Shown here piece by piece: positions 1 to 12,659 of a stretch of 64,000 nucleotides of DNA. Numbering within the stretch: the stretch's first letter is position 1; every line of letters starts with the position of its first letter. Below the pieces are notes generated by a model. It was not told the origin of the DNA. It did not search any database and was given only the letters and a program-made list of their open reading frames with translations. The position numbers and the translations under genes were made by a program. Source of the stretch: Octopus bimaculoides (taxonomy: Eukaryota); contig NC_068990.1 of the NCBI RefSeq assembly GCF_001194135.2, positions 69,433,860 to 69,497,859 on the forward strand. The letters run 5' to 3'.

Positions 1-132
1 TAGAGAGGGAAGATCGGTATGCAGGGGTGACTGCTGGTCTTCTACAAACAACCTTGCCTGGACTTGTGCCTCAGAGGGTAACTTTCTACGTTCAATCCCA
101 TGGTCATTCATCACCGAAGGGCATCTTTACCT
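1..132 (+). mobile_element. 3' part of tRNA-derived SINE (local family D)
   Basis: Matches the 3' half of the copies at 10012-10350 and 56590-56934. Confidence 0.7.
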
Positions 133-424
133 ATATAAATATATATATATNNNNNNNNNNATAATACATCAGATTTTGAGTGAATCAGGCACTTAAATGG
201 TAAGGCAACAGGTTGGGTTGAAAAATAAAATGTATACACAACAAAAAGTAAAGGAATGCATATGCAGGTACTGAAGTACAAGCAGGAAGATATTCAGGTT
301 ATGTATGCAATTAACTGTACCTGACTGAGCATAGCATGAGCCCTAAAGCTAATCTGGGAAACATACAATGCACTAAATGTAAAACCCATAATATACTTGA
401 GGTCCACGCAAGGAGCAGGTTCTG

Positions 425-900
425 CTATTCCAAACATTCTCAGACGTTTCAATACCCACAAACATGGGACCATGTCAGAGGCTTTCTTAAAGTCTATTCA
501 AGCCATGCATAAATTCTTTAGTTGCTTTTTTCAGTCATTCTTGATTGCTTTGTCAATAACAAGATGATCCTTGGTTCCATTCTGAGGCAAATAATCATTC
601 AAACATTTCTGCAGCAAATAATCATTCAAACACTTTTGCTTTTCTACATCTTCCATAGAAAATTTAAGCACACAAATCAGTCTGTAAGTTCCAACTAAAC
701 TCTCTCTTCATTTTATCCATTATTATCCAGCTTGGAACTTCTTCTTGTACTATATAATAATTTAGGTACTCCTCTAGTCTTGAATGAACACTTGTAAATC
801 TTTTCAACCAAAATCCTTGGCTCCCATCTGGTCCAGGAGATTTCCTGTGTGACATTTTCATAACTTGCTTTTGAATGTCAGTTTATTGTTGTTGATGTAG
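425..900 (-). mobile_element. R4/Dong-like non-LTR retrotransposon, decayed RT fragment
   Basis: Minus-strand KSPGPDGSQGFWLKRF and GTKDHLVIDKAI...NLCMA*IDFKKASDMVP (RT motifs) with stops. Confidence 0.8.
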
Positions 901-904
901 TTGC

Positions 905-944
905 TGTTAATATTATTATTCATATTATTGTCATTGTTATTATA

Positions 945-980
<36 letters not shown>
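905..980. repeat. (ATT)n microsatellite, LINE tail
   Basis: Direct reading. Confidence 0.9.
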
Positions 981-983
<3 letters not shown>

Positions 984-1506
984 TAGTTTTATTTTTATAA
1001 CGTGCTTTCACTTCACTACCGAGCGCAGCTCTGTGCGCCTTGGGTATGTGCTGTGGTTTGCTGTGGTGCTCTTATGTTTACTGTATTGAAAGTGTTTTGC
1101 GTAGAATGTGTGCAGTACCCAGTAGTGCAATTTTCTGTATGTTATATATATTTGTAAGTCCTGGTGTTTTTGTTATGTATTTGTCTGAATATTTTTTTTA
1201 TTATACCTAAGGCACCTACTATGATAGGAATTGTTTCTGTTTTTAGATTCCACATTCGAGTTATCTCTATTTCCAGGTCTTTGTATTTTGAAAGTTTTTC
1301 CATTTCTTTTAGAGAAACGTTGTCATCTGCTGGTATTGATACATCAATTAGAAAGCATTTTTTTTCTTCATGATCTTTGACAACTATATCTGGTCTATTT
1401 GCCTTAATTTCTCTATCTGTGTGTATTGGCATATCCCAGAGTATGGTTGCTTTCTCGTTTTCTGTGACCTTTTCTGGCGTGTGTTTATACCATCTTTTTT
1501 CTGTTG
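981..1506 (-). mobile_element. R4/Dong-like LINE 3' end: RLE domain, 3' UTR and (TAA)n tail
   Basis: ANRPDIVVKDHEEKKCFLIDVSIPADDNVSLKEMEKLSKYKDLEIEITRMW is a PD-(D/E)xK restriction-like endonuclease; (ATT)n on both flanks. Confidence 0.88.
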
Positions 1507-1558
1507 CTATTATTATTATTATTATTACTATTACTATTATTATTATTATTACTATTAC

Positions 1559-1598
<40 letters not shown>

Positions 1599-1675
1599 TG
1601 TATTATTGTTATTATTATTATTTGTATTATTATTGTTATTATTATTATTATTATTGTTGTTGTTGTTGTTGTTGT
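1507..1675. repeat. compound (ATT)n/(ACT)/(GTT)n microsatellite running into the EGFR acceptor
   Basis: Direct reading. Confidence 0.95.
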
Positions 1676-1677
1676 AG

Positions 1678-2037
1678 TTTGCCGTGGTACAAGACAAAAG
1701 TTCTCACATTCTGGTACACCCCAGACCCGTTATGAAACACTGCGGAGAAAATACACGAACTGTACATATATTGAAGGCAACCTGGAAATTGTCTTCCTGA
1801 TTGATTTATCAATTAAATACGACTTCTCGTTTCTAGAGACCATCAAAGAAATTACTGGTTATGTTCTTATTGTTCACGTTTATGCAGATTACATACCCCT
1901 AACTAATCTTCAAATTATACGTGGACGAGAGCTTCTTGAAGTGGATGACCAACATTACAGTTTATACGTAGCTAATAATTATGACGAGACGTATAAAAAA
2001 ATTGGCCTTAAAGAATTACGTTTCAAATCTCTTGGAG
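1678..2037 (+). CDS. EGFR: EGFR exon 1 in window, L1 domain
   Basis: tag|TT acceptor, G|gtaag donor; (V)CRGTRQKFSHSGTPQTRYETLRRKYTNCTYIEGNLEIVFL...GLKELRFKSLG resembles ErbB L1 (VCQGT...CEVVLGNLEI); phase 1-1. Confidence 0.95.
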
Positions 2038-2151
2038 GTAAGCCTTAATTTATTTTGCTTCCAGTATAACAAGTTAGTTTTTAGTTTAAGTAACATGTTG
2101 TTATTTTCAATTTTTATCAAATAAATCCTCATCACCATCATCATCATCATC

Positions 2152-2183
<32 letters not shown>

Positions 2184-2599
2184 CATTTTAACATCTACTT
2201 TTCCATGCTTGCATGAATCAGTCAGACAGGTAGGTCATCATTGAGGCATATTTTCTTTGGTTGAATGCTCTTCCAGTCACCAGCCTTCATTGTGTAAGTT
2301 ATTTGCAGTACCACCCGATTGCTCAGTTTGCCTAGTGCATAGTGCTGATCCTGATGTCATCCATATCTTTCCTAATAGGATTTACAACGTAAATGAAGTA
2401 GAAAGTCACATGATCTGAAATTGGATTTTAAACCCATTTTGCCAGGAGCTACATGTATACTCTTTACTCTTTACTCTTCATCACTCATATCAACCATTGT
2501 CAAACCTCACAGTTTAAAGACTTTATACGTAGGTGGCCTCAACAATAACTAGTGACTGTGAACTCTAAAAGAGATAAAATATATTTTAACCTTTAAATT

Positions 2600-3220
2600 C
2601 TTGTCATGCTTTTGGTACAATAAGAAAACTAGTGAAAGGTACTCACACTTTAAAGTGGCAGTGCAGCCATTTCTTCTGGCATTTCCCAGCTCTTACATGG
2701 TGGAAGCTGGCTTCAGCCATGTAAACGCAATCCTCAGCAAAGAGAGGAATCACCTGAACCTGGAGGAACGAAGTGATTTGAGACTGAAACTTACCAGCAT
2801 TTGACCTGATATCAATGCCTTGATTCAAGATTACCATGCTTATGCCTCACACTGATGTTGTCAGTTTCACTAAAAAATATTCCAGCAATATAATGCATTT
2901 TTCACATTTTCTAACCATGAAAACAATTTCATAAAAATTAAAAGTTTAATACTGTATGCTTGTACATGTTTTAAATGTAAAAAGTGTGTCATCTTCAATA
3001 GAATTTCTTAAATTGTCATATATGCATATTTTAGCTAAAATGTTAATTGCCAGCATCAGTACCCGATATGCATTTAAGATATGGTATGGTTGGGTAGAGT
3101 ATTAAGATATTGTAAATGAGAAGGTAGGTCGATGCAGAAGGAGAAGTGGCTAAAGGAGGTCAATGTGGAAGGAGAAGTGGCTAAAGGGAGTCGATGGTCA
3201 AAAAAGTTTGGCGACCCCTG
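2600..3220 (+). mobile_element. hAT (Buster/Charlie-like) transposon 3' end
   Basis: FLLAFPSSYMVEAGFSHVNAILSKERNHLNLEERSDLRLKL is the hAT dimerisation motif; terminal AAGTTTGGCGACCCCTG is the reverse complement of a CAGGGGTCGCCAAAC TIR. Confidence 0.8.
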
Positions 3221-3229
3221 CTTCAAGGA

Positions 3230-4420
3230 ACATAATGAGTAATGCCATCCCTACCGGAGAGGATGAAAACATCTTTTCATAATAGGTAAAAGTGTTGACA
3301 CTCTCACTACACTTGCTATAACTAAGTCTTCTCTTGGAAGATTTGGTTATGGAAATTGGAGGTCAAGGATTGGATGCTTATTCTCTCAACACTCCAGACA
3401 GAAATGAAAATGCTTGTCCCAATCACCTCATTCTCAGACAAACATCCACAAACTCAAGCTGTACATTGCTGACAACGAGCCCCTTCTGAATTCTGATCAA
3501 GCTGATGTATACAATTTCTTCCATGGAAACATCTACACACACACTGGCAGAAGCATCTTCTTAGTAAACTGGAAAAACATTCCTCCTGAATCTTCTTGCG
3601 AAGTTGCAGCATAATGGTGACCTTGCTATTGCTTTTGCCTCATCAGGAATAGCTTTGACTCTTCTCAACAGCAGACGAACAGCACACTCTACCTTCAAGA
3701 AAACCCAACATGTCACATAATGCATTCCTTGGATGAAGCAACAATTTTGAAAAAGTGCAAATTCGTTGTTTGGGATGAAGCAAATATGTTCCATAAATTT
3801 TCGCTACAAGCACTTGATACCACAATGAGATACCTTAGATCAAACAACAACATCTTTGGAGGTGCAACTCTACTTCTTGCAGAGATTTTTAACAAACTTT
3901 GCTTATTATATCCAAAGGAACACCCGTTGATGAACTTAAAGCCTGCCTTAAAAAATCCCTCTTTTGGTCGCATGTTCAATCAAAACAACTCACCATCAAC
4001 ATGAGATCACCCCTACAGACAGGTCAGCCTACAACCCAGTTTTCGAAAACGCTCCTTAAAATTGGCAATGGACAAATTACATCCGACAACAATGTATACA
4101 TTGACACTACCACCATTGGCCACATTGTCTCCAGCCCTGATGACTTATGTTCTGCCATTTATCCACATCTTACAACGAAATACATAAAACCAAATTGGTT
4201 TTGCAATAGGGCTGTTCTTACACCTAGAAATGCAGCTGTCAACACTCTTAACTATGACTTATTCAGTCAGCTACCTTCTCAAGAATGTTATTACAGATCA
4301 GTTGACACCATTTCCAACTTCGATCAGGTTACACACTTTCCAACAGAATATTTCTCAACTCCAAAGATACTGCAGCACTCCCTCCCTCTTAAATTCAACA
4401 AACACCAGAACATAAGTTCT
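3230..4420 (+). mobile_element. Helitron RepHel PIF1-like helicase pseudogene fragment
   Basis: Frameshifted motifs ASSGIALTLLNSRRTAHSTFK, KFVVWDEANMFHK...GGATLLL, LKACLKKSLFWSHV...LTINMR, RAVLTPRNAAV. Confidence 0.85.
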
Positions 4421-4552
4421 GGTGTCCACTAAGTGGTCATCCCTTCTTATACACATGTAATACAATTTTTCTGAATTTTCAGAATTTTTATATGCTAGGC
4501 CACTGGTTTTAAATTGATGTTAATTGAATTAATATTCAATTTATCACCCGCA

Positions 4553-4606
<54 letters not shown>

Positions 4607-4932
4607 TAAAAGGATTTATTTAAATAACTATTGTACCAATGTTTTCTAAATGGACTTATTATAACTTGATATAATAAATATCCTCATTTCATCAGCAATT
4701 GAATTCTAAATGAAGAAAAATATATTATTTGCTATTATACTTTGAAAACTAGAAACCATACATTTGACCAACCACCACCTGCAAAAAAAAAAAAAAAAAA
4801 TTTTTTTAAATAGATGGAAAAGTATATTATTTTGGGTCAAATAATTTTTGTGCTTATATACCATGATGTTTTTTTTTATTTATCCAATCTTTTTTAACTT
4901 TAACCTTTCTCCATTTCTGTTTTATAATTCAG

Positions 4933-5067
4933 AAATCCTCAGTGGAAAAGTTGCTTTTGTAGACAATCTCCTACTGTGTTATGAAGTGACTGTCAATTGG
5001 ACAGATATTAATCCAACATCAAATCCGCCAGTCATATTCGTCCATTCTGAAGGCGTGAGGAGACAAT
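4933..5067 (+). CDS. EGFR: EGFR exon 2, end of L1
   Basis: cag|AA...T|gtaag; (E)ILSGKVAFVDNLLLCYEVTVNWTDINP matches EILxGxVxxxxNxxLCxxxTIxWxDI; phase 1-1. Confidence 0.93.
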
Positions 5068-5279
5068 GTAAGTAATTTTTAAAAAAAATTTTTATGATGC
5101 ATTTCACCTGTTCGTACTTTATATGAAATGATACTTTGCACACACAATGTCATTAATAGGATACAAAGGATATTTTAAATAAAAAATATCAAAAGAAAAA
5201 TATTTTTACATTTGATGTTTTTTATACAATGAGGAAGGAATTGGATGATTCCTCAAAGTTGTGTAATTATTTAATTTTT

Positions 5280-5863
5280 GACTTGTTTTTTAAAGCCTAG
5301 TCCTTATTCTATTGGTCTCTTTTGCCAAACTGCTAAGTTACAGGGACGTAAACACACCAACACCAGTTGTCAAGCAGTTGGTGGGGGGGGGACAAAGACC
5401 CACACAGAGATATATTCACACATACCTACATGTGTGTGTGCATGTGTGTATACATACACACACACACACACAATGGGCTTCTTTCAGTTTCTTATTGTCT
5501 AAACATAGAGGAGACAAACAAGAACAGACAAAGGTATTAAGTCGATGACATCGACCCCAGTGTGTAACTGGTACTTAATTTATCGACCCCGGAAGGATGA
5601 AAGGCAAAGTTGACCTCAGCAGAATTTGGACTCAGAACGTAACAGCAGACGAAATATCGCTAAGCATTTCGCCCAGCATGCTAACGTTTCTGCCAGCTCG
5701 CCGCTGCTTCTTTCAGTTTCTGCCTACCAAATCCACTCACAAGGCCTTGGTTGGCCCAAAGCTATAGTAGAAGACACTTGCCCAAAGTGCCATGCAGTGT
5801 GAGAGGATTCGAAACCATGTGGTCGGGAAGCATGCTTCTTACCGCACAGCCACACCTGTGCCT
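5280..5863 (-). mobile_element. tRNA-derived CORE-like SINE (family B) with nested family-A SINE
   Basis: tRNA-like head, CTTTGGGCAAGTG core-like motif, internal (CA)n; interrupted at 5492-5705. Confidence 0.8.
5492..5705 (-). mobile_element. SINE family A inserted into SINE B
   Basis: Head GCGGCGAGCTGGCAGAAACGTTAGC with A/B-box-like motifs; 15-bp TSD GCTTCTTTCAGTTTC at 5477-5491 and 5706-5720. Confidence 0.85.
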
Positions 5864-6544
5864 ATCTGTGCATTATTTGAGCAAAATTATTAGCTCATTT
5901 CATGAAACATTTAATCTTGATATTGGAGTAAAATATTTATTTTTAATTTGATTTGAAGGACATAAGTTAACTATTGCTTCTTGCCTTGAGAAAAATATCA
6001 CATGAGTAAAGGATTAAACATTCAGTTTCTGTAAATATCTCAACTAGATCATTCTACTCTTGAGACTCTGTTGAAGTCTACCTGTTATGGTCTTTGTGCC
6101 GTATAGGGGAGAAATGGGATGAAGTGGCTGGGTTATGTGCTGGAGAAGGATGATGGAAATAAATGTAGAAGAAAGCAGAGGAGGTCTAAGAAAAACTTAT
6201 GTATTTGTGTATTTTAAATATCAGAGAATATTTTATGTGTATATTAAAATGGTAAATATAACTCTGTACTATAATATTATGGCTTTAATTTCAATACAAG
6301 CCTTCATTGAACTCAATTTGTTAATTATCACCACTAAGAGTTTCTCCACTTAATGATTTACAAGAAATTTTAAACTTTATTGTTTAAAAGTAAAAATCAA
6401 ATGTTTTTTTTTTCTTTTTCTAACTGAAAAGCATATGACATTGTGCAATGCCCTCATGTATCTCACACATGACATTCTATTAGACACAAACATTCTTGGT
6501 CAACTAACAGAACAGTAAAACGACATGATTTGATAATGACTAAT

Positions 6545-6880
6545 CACTGAGATCATGAATGTTGGCTAACAACTAAAAGCAGCTGAATTGAGGTTTCTTC
6601 AAAGGATCTTTGGAGTAATGAGATCCCTCCAACTTGAATTGTTACTTCACTGCATTGAGAGGTCACAGGTCCAGTGCTTCAGATACATGGTTTGAATGAA
6701 TGTTGCAGGACAGAATCACAAGATGGATTTTTCAAGCCAAACCAACTGGCAAGAGACATAGGGGCAAACCAAGAATGAGATGATTGGATAATATCCATAG
6801 TTCCAGTCAGTCACACTTGGAAATCTAAATGTAGACCGTAATGTTGATTGCTTCTGACAGGTTGCTATAGAGGAGGTGCC
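6545..6880 (+). mobile_element. RTE-clade LINE C-terminal fragment
   Basis: LKAAELRFLQRIFG, LLLHCIERSQ and AKPTGKRHRGKPRMR*LD motifs in broken frames. Confidence 0.65.
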
Positions 6881-6927
6881 TAAGAATTCTATCTCAGAAA
6901 CCATCCCATAAATAGTGAATGGATATA

Positions 6928-7144
6928 TATGGGGGTGATGAAAAGTTCCTGGCTTTTGGTAAAAGAAAATACAGGAGGATCAGTTAATTATGATTTTATT
7001 CAACATGTTCCCCTTTCAGGTTCACTCACTTATTGCAGTGGTCCTTCAGTTTTTATAAGCCCTGTAAAAGAACTCAGAAGGTTGGGTCTCCAACCAAGCC
7101 TTTTACAATACCTGTAGAGCCAGGAACTTTTTAGTACCCCTTCA
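6928..7144. mobile_element. Tc1/mariner-type MITE (about 217 bp)
   Basis: Degenerate TIRs GGGGGTGATGAAAAGTTCCTGGCT / AGCCAGGAACTTTTTAGTACCCC with TA flanks; same family as 37539-37755. Confidence 0.8.
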
Positions 7145-7235
7145 TACAAAACCACTGAGACTTGTAACTTATCTCACTTGTTTCATGCAAGAGGTATTTT
7201 ATTTCATTTAATTGGTTTGTTGTATATATTTACAG

Positions 7236-7319
7236 GTGAGCCATGCCACTCCAGCTGTTATCAAAATATCACAAAAAGAAGAAATTGTTGGGGTTCTGGA
7301 CCAGACATGTGCCAAAAAT
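7236..7319 (+). CDS. EGFR: EGFR exon 3, furin-like CR1
   Basis: cag|GT...T|gtgag; (C)EPCHSSCYQNITKRRNCWGSGPDMCQK; phase 1-1. Confidence 0.93.
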
Positions 7320-8244
7320 GTGAGTTGCTTTGAACTTATTTTAACTTCCCTTTGTGTTGTAACTGAAGGTGCGTGACTTAATAGTTAGGATGTTGCATTC
7401 ACAATTGCAAGATTGTGGCTTCATTTCTTAGACTGGGTTGTGTGTTGTGTTTTAGAGTAAAACACTTCATTTCACATTGATTTAAGCCACTTAGCCATAA
7501 AGGGGTAACTCTGCAATAGATTGGTTTCCTGTTCAGAGAATATGTTGTGACCTTAGTCATTCATATGTCATGGAAACCGGGTAACTGACCCTGCGAGTCT
7601 AAAGACCCAAGACAGTCATGACCAAGGGACTTATTTTTCTGCTATAAGTTTTCATTAGTCTCCTTATATTATCTACCAATTGATTATTTTAATTTTACAC
7701 ATTCCTAGATACATTCCTGCCTTACACAACTTGCCCTATCACCTTTTCAAATCTCTCATCCTATTTTCTGAATTCCATTATTAATCCCTTCTCTCTACCT
7801 CATTCCTCCCTCATAGTCCCCTCTTACTATTCCTCATCTCTCTGTCTAGAATCATCACTCACTCTCTCTTCTATCCTCCCTCTGTTATAGGGGCTATTTT
7901 ACAGTCTAAGCTTTGCATGTTATGAGGTGACAATTACTAGTGCTAGTGTCATGAAAAATGTACCCACTACACTCTTGTTGCTTTGAGATTTTGATGAGGT
8001 AACTGTTAATTTTTAGAATAATATTGTAAGATTGGTGTGAGAGGCCACATCTGGCTAGTTTGACCATGAAGCAGGTAGAATATTTTGGCCAGATATGGTC
8101 GGTTTAAATACTAAAGGGTTAAATTTCAAAATTAAAACATTTCTCAATTGTTTTGAATCTTTATTAAGATCAGATTTTGTTTAATGTCAACAAAAAAATA
8201 ATTGTTTATATTTGTCTATTTGTCTGTTTTGTTTGTGCTTTTAG

Positions 8245-8366
8245 TGAGTTTTGGTCCTGCGTGCAGTGCTTCCTGTGACAATCGTTGTTTTGGTTACCTA
8301 CCGAATCAATGTTGCCATACTGAATGTGCAGCTGGATGTACTGGGCCCAAGAAAACAGATTGTCTT
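8245..8366 (+). CDS. EGFR: EGFR exon 4, CR1
   Basis: tag|TG...CTT|gtacg; [40 protein letters not shown] contains [13 protein letters not shown]; phase 1-0. Confidence 0.94.
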
Positions 8367-8441
8367 GTACGTAGCATTTTGTTTGTAATCATTGGTATTA
8401 TATCTACTTACATTCTTCCATTGTATATCTATTTATAATTA

Positions 8442-9936
8442 TACTAAAGTACAAAAGAAACGTCACACTGTAAAAGATTATTTGTTTCACACACGATATT
8501 GACATTATATAGATCTTATTATTTTTCTAGGTAATTTGACATCAGGAAGTTGTCACCACTCCCTTTTGAAAACACAAGGATTTCATATAGGGTTCAAACT
8601 CACTCACTTTTTGTGAACATGGTAATGCTTGTGAATGCATCTTTATGAAAAGCATGATCCACATGCAAAACATTGACTCATTGGGTATAAAAGGCACCAA
8701 ATTTACCAGCCTATCAATCATTTCCTGAACACAACAAGCATACCGAGACTGATATGAAATCAGAGGGAGCAAGCCATCGGATGTCTCCATGCTGGTCAAT
8801 GTCCATGAGTCAGTGCTAATGATTTGAATTGCAATATACAGACAACTAAGTGGCTGAGGGAATGATAACAAAGTCACAAACAGCATAAATAATTGTCCAC
8901 GCAGTGGCCGACCGAGGGTTACAATGGCATGTGAGATCACCACCTGCACCAACAACACTTATAGGACCAATTCTGATGGGCAACGGAATCAGTTATACAG
9001 ACTATAGGGACTCACCACAGATCCATTTGTGCAGAGACAGTTTGCCACTGGCTGAGATCTTCCAATCTGTCTTGTCAACGTCTGGCAAGGGACCCCATCC
9101 TCGCAGATCATCATCAACAGGTACATCTGCGGTGGGCTCAAAAACGTCAGAACTGGTGATATCAGCAGTGAAGGATTGTTTGATATTAGCAGTGAAGGAT
9201 TGTAGTCTTCCCTGACTAAAGTTGACATTACATTTCTGTGACAGATGGCAGACCTAGTGTTTGGAGAAGAAGGGGTGAACGTCATGCTGATGGCTGTGTG
9301 ATGAGGAGGACAAAGCATCATGGTATGGGGCAGGATTGCACTCAACCAGAAACTTGGACTGGTGGTCTTCCAAAACATCAGCCAAGGCCAGGGCAGTAGA
9401 GTAGCTGCTGCTCATTACATCAACCAAGTGTTGAGGCCTCACATTGTGTCATATTTTGCCCATCATCAGAATCATGTGTTCCAACATGTCAACACCCATG
9501 CGTATACTGCCAGGTTGAGAACAGAGTTCCTCCAACAGCACAACATCCAGACACTGTCATGGCCTGCCCTAAGTCCAGACTTGAACCCCATCGAGCACCT
9601 GTGGGATGAAATCCAAAGAAGGCTAAATGACATCTGTCCAAGGCCAACGACTGTGGCACAACTCACTGCAACTTTTAACAGTGTGGGTTGCTTCATCAGT
9701 CGTTTGGTGCATTCAATGTACAGAAGATGCCTGGCGGTAATCAACGCTAACAGTGGTCACACAAGATATTGAGTTCATATCTTTGGATCCAGGATACTCC
9801 ATCATCATGTGACATCAAGCATGTTACAGGAAATGATGTTTTATCATTAATTAGCACTCTTCAATCAATGCTATGGCAGTCTGTTAATAAACCAGTTTCT
9901 ATTTAGTATGTGCGACGTTTCTTTTGTGGTTCCATT
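8442..9936 (+). mobile_element. Tc1-like DNA transposon, near full length, decayed
   Basis: TIR core ACAAAAGAAACGTC(A/G)CAC at both ends with TA flanks; N-term (M)PRL...QREQAIGCLHAG, C-term FQHVNTHAYTA...WPALSPDLNPIEHLWD. Confidence 0.88.
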
Positions 9937-10011
9937 TATGATAATATAATAATATAATGATTATATAAATGAGGCCTTAGGGTATTATCATATATATTAT
10001 GATAATACAGT

Positions 10012-10350
10012 GAAGGTACATGACTTAGTGGTTAGAACATCAGGCTTACAATCGAGGGGTTGCAACTTCAATTTCCAGAACAGGTTGTGTGTTGTGTTCT
10101 TGAGGAAGTTATTTTATTTCAAGTCGCTCCAGTTCACTTAGCTGTAGAAATGTGTTGCAATGTCATTGGTGCCAAGCTGTATCAGCTTTTGCGTTTCTCT
10201 TGCATAACACTAGTGGTGTGAAGAGGGAAGACTGGTATGCATGGGTGACTGCTGGTTTTCCATAAACAACCTTGCCTGGAATTGTATCTCAGAGAGGAAC
10301 TTCTAGTGCAATCCTATGGTCATTCATGATCAAAGGGGATTTTTACCTTT
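10012..10350 (+). mobile_element. SINE family D
   Basis: tRNA-like head followed by a tail shared with 1-132, 15622-15778, 43072-43380 and 56590-56934. Confidence 0.75.
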
Positions 10351-11168
10351 TTTTTTTTCTTTTTACACTTATAACAATATATCACGTGACTGACCAGGCT
10401 ATCAGATGTTGTTACACATCACTGGTCGCAATGCGTTTTGCATTGTTTTAGCCTTCAAATGATGCCACCCTGCTGACTAGACAAGCAGGCCAACAATGTC
10501 CCCCCCCCACCTCCAATCAAAAGAGGGACTGGAGCAACATGAAATGAAGTGTTTTGCTCAAGAATATGATGCACTGCCCAGTCAGGGAATCAAACCTATG
10601 ATCTTGTGATCGTGAGTGCAACAGCCTAACCACTAGGCCAGGTACCTAGTGGTTATAATGTTTTGTTCATTTTATACCTGTTTTTCCATGTTAGCATTGC
10701 TTGGATGGGGATTAAATTTGAAGTGGAATTGCTCTTCCTGTCACCAATCTTCATCCATTCTTCAAGTGAGGGGGTGGTTTTCATCCACATCTTCTCAACG
10801 TTTGTTAACATTTGTACTTCTCTGCAAATTACTAAGCCACACAGTGGTGACACTGTTGTCATCTTTTCCCTGTCAGCACAGTTATTCGGTGGATTTGCAT
10901 CTTTGGAGATGCGTCAAAATAAGAGATCCTTTACTTGCAAAACAATTAAGTGTTAGTGACAGGAAAGGTATCTCGCTGTAAACCAATGTTTCAATAATAT
11001 ATTCATCTGGCCCATGTTAGCATAAAAAAAAAAACAGACATAAAAAGGAATCAATAGACAAATATTTGATATATCATCATATCTTCTGTCTTTTTATTTT
11101 CATATTTTTCACAAACTTTAACTGGAATTGTTGTGTTTTATGGAAATGCTTTCTTTTGTTCCTTATAG

Positions 11169-11310
11169 GCTTGTAGAAAATTCAAAAATGATGGTGCATG
11201 TGTTCCATTCTGTCCTCAAATGTATATCTATAATGAAAAAACTTTCCAGCAGGAACGGAATCCAAATTACAAATATTCCTATGGCTCTCTGTGTGTGAAA
11301 GATTGTCCAA
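11169..11310 (+). CDS. EGFR: EGFR exon 5, CR1 dimerisation arm
   Basis: tag|GCT...A|gtgag; ACRKFKNDGACVPFCPQMYIYNEKTFQQERNPNYKYSYGSLCVKDCP; phase 0-1. Confidence 0.94.
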
Positions 11311-12659
11311 GTGAGTTAAACACTTTTAAAATAAACATTTCTACTAATTGACGGATGGATGCAAAATCACTGCAGTTTCTTTCTTCTCTCTTCATGTGAC
11401 ACACCTGGTTCACTGGTATCAGCAATCATGGACCTCCATGCCAAATTTCATGATATTTGAGGGGAAGAGAAAGTTACAGTAGTGGTTTCCCATTACTTTT
11501 TGCCATTATTCTTACTAGTCTCTTGCTCTCCCAAGCTTGTCTTAATTAACCCTTGGCAGACCTTCATGTAGCATCAGTACATGTCCACACACCGGTGGGC
11601 CTGTGTGACATATGTCTAAAGGTCAACCTTCCTCCCTGACCTACATGCTTTAGCCACAAAACCATCTTCTGTTATTTGACTCCCTTAAACTCTTAAACTC
11701 TTGAACTACAGCTTCTCTACAAGATGCATTTTAATATCTTGCTCAAGACTACACAGAGGCTTAACATATCAATATTCATGTATAATAGTCAAGATGAAGG
11801 GTAAGAGTTTGCCCTTCTCTGATTATTGGCATAGACCAGTTTCCACATTCAAAAATGGCAATTTTATAGTTACTCACATTGGTTACATTCCAAGTTGTAT
11901 ATACAGGTTATATTCTCATGATTAAGATACTAGTATCTTCTTGTAGATTATCTAACTGTTTGAAGTGCCACTCCTTATCTTAAATTATCTTGGTCATTCA
12001 AAGGACAGATGCATGTCATTAAAAGCTTATCTTATCTTATTTTGATAACACACTGTTATTTTGAAGACCTTTCCTGCTGTGATATTGAAGAATGTTGGGG
12101 GCTTTTTGCTTTTGTTGTCTAACCTTACAAGTTACTTGCTCACTCCACAAGTGCCATAAAATAAAAATAAAAAGGCATCCAGTACACACTGTAAAGTGGT
12201 TGACATCAGGATGGTCATCCAACCATAGAAATCATATCAAAGCTGATAATGGAGCTCAATGCAGTCCCGTAATTCATTGGATCCTGTCAGATTGTCCACC
12301 CAACACCAAAATGGAAAACAGATACACACACACACGCATGCATGCACGCACATATGCACACGCACACACACATAACACAATAATTTATTATTTTGAAAAT
12401 GGTGAATAGAATTTTTATTTCAATAAATTTTTATTAAATTTTATCTCAAATGACATCTTACATCATGAAATCCAATTTATGAAACTCTGAATCATATCAA
12501 ATGTGAAGTCCTGACATTGTATTTGTCATTGTATTTGTCATTGTAATTTGAAATATCTAGAAACTATGATTCTTTTATGTATGATAAGAATCTTCAGATG
12601 TGACTGTTTGTTACACCCTCCCCTCCCATCACAACCAACTGAAACTTAATTCCATTCAA

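Noticed and set aside
1377-1677. Hydrophobic N-terminal extension of the 223-aa ORF, resembling a signal peptide or TM segment
   Set aside because: It is the antisense of a LINE plus (ATT)n/(GTT)n read as poly-Ile/Val; the real exon starts at the AG at 1676-77.
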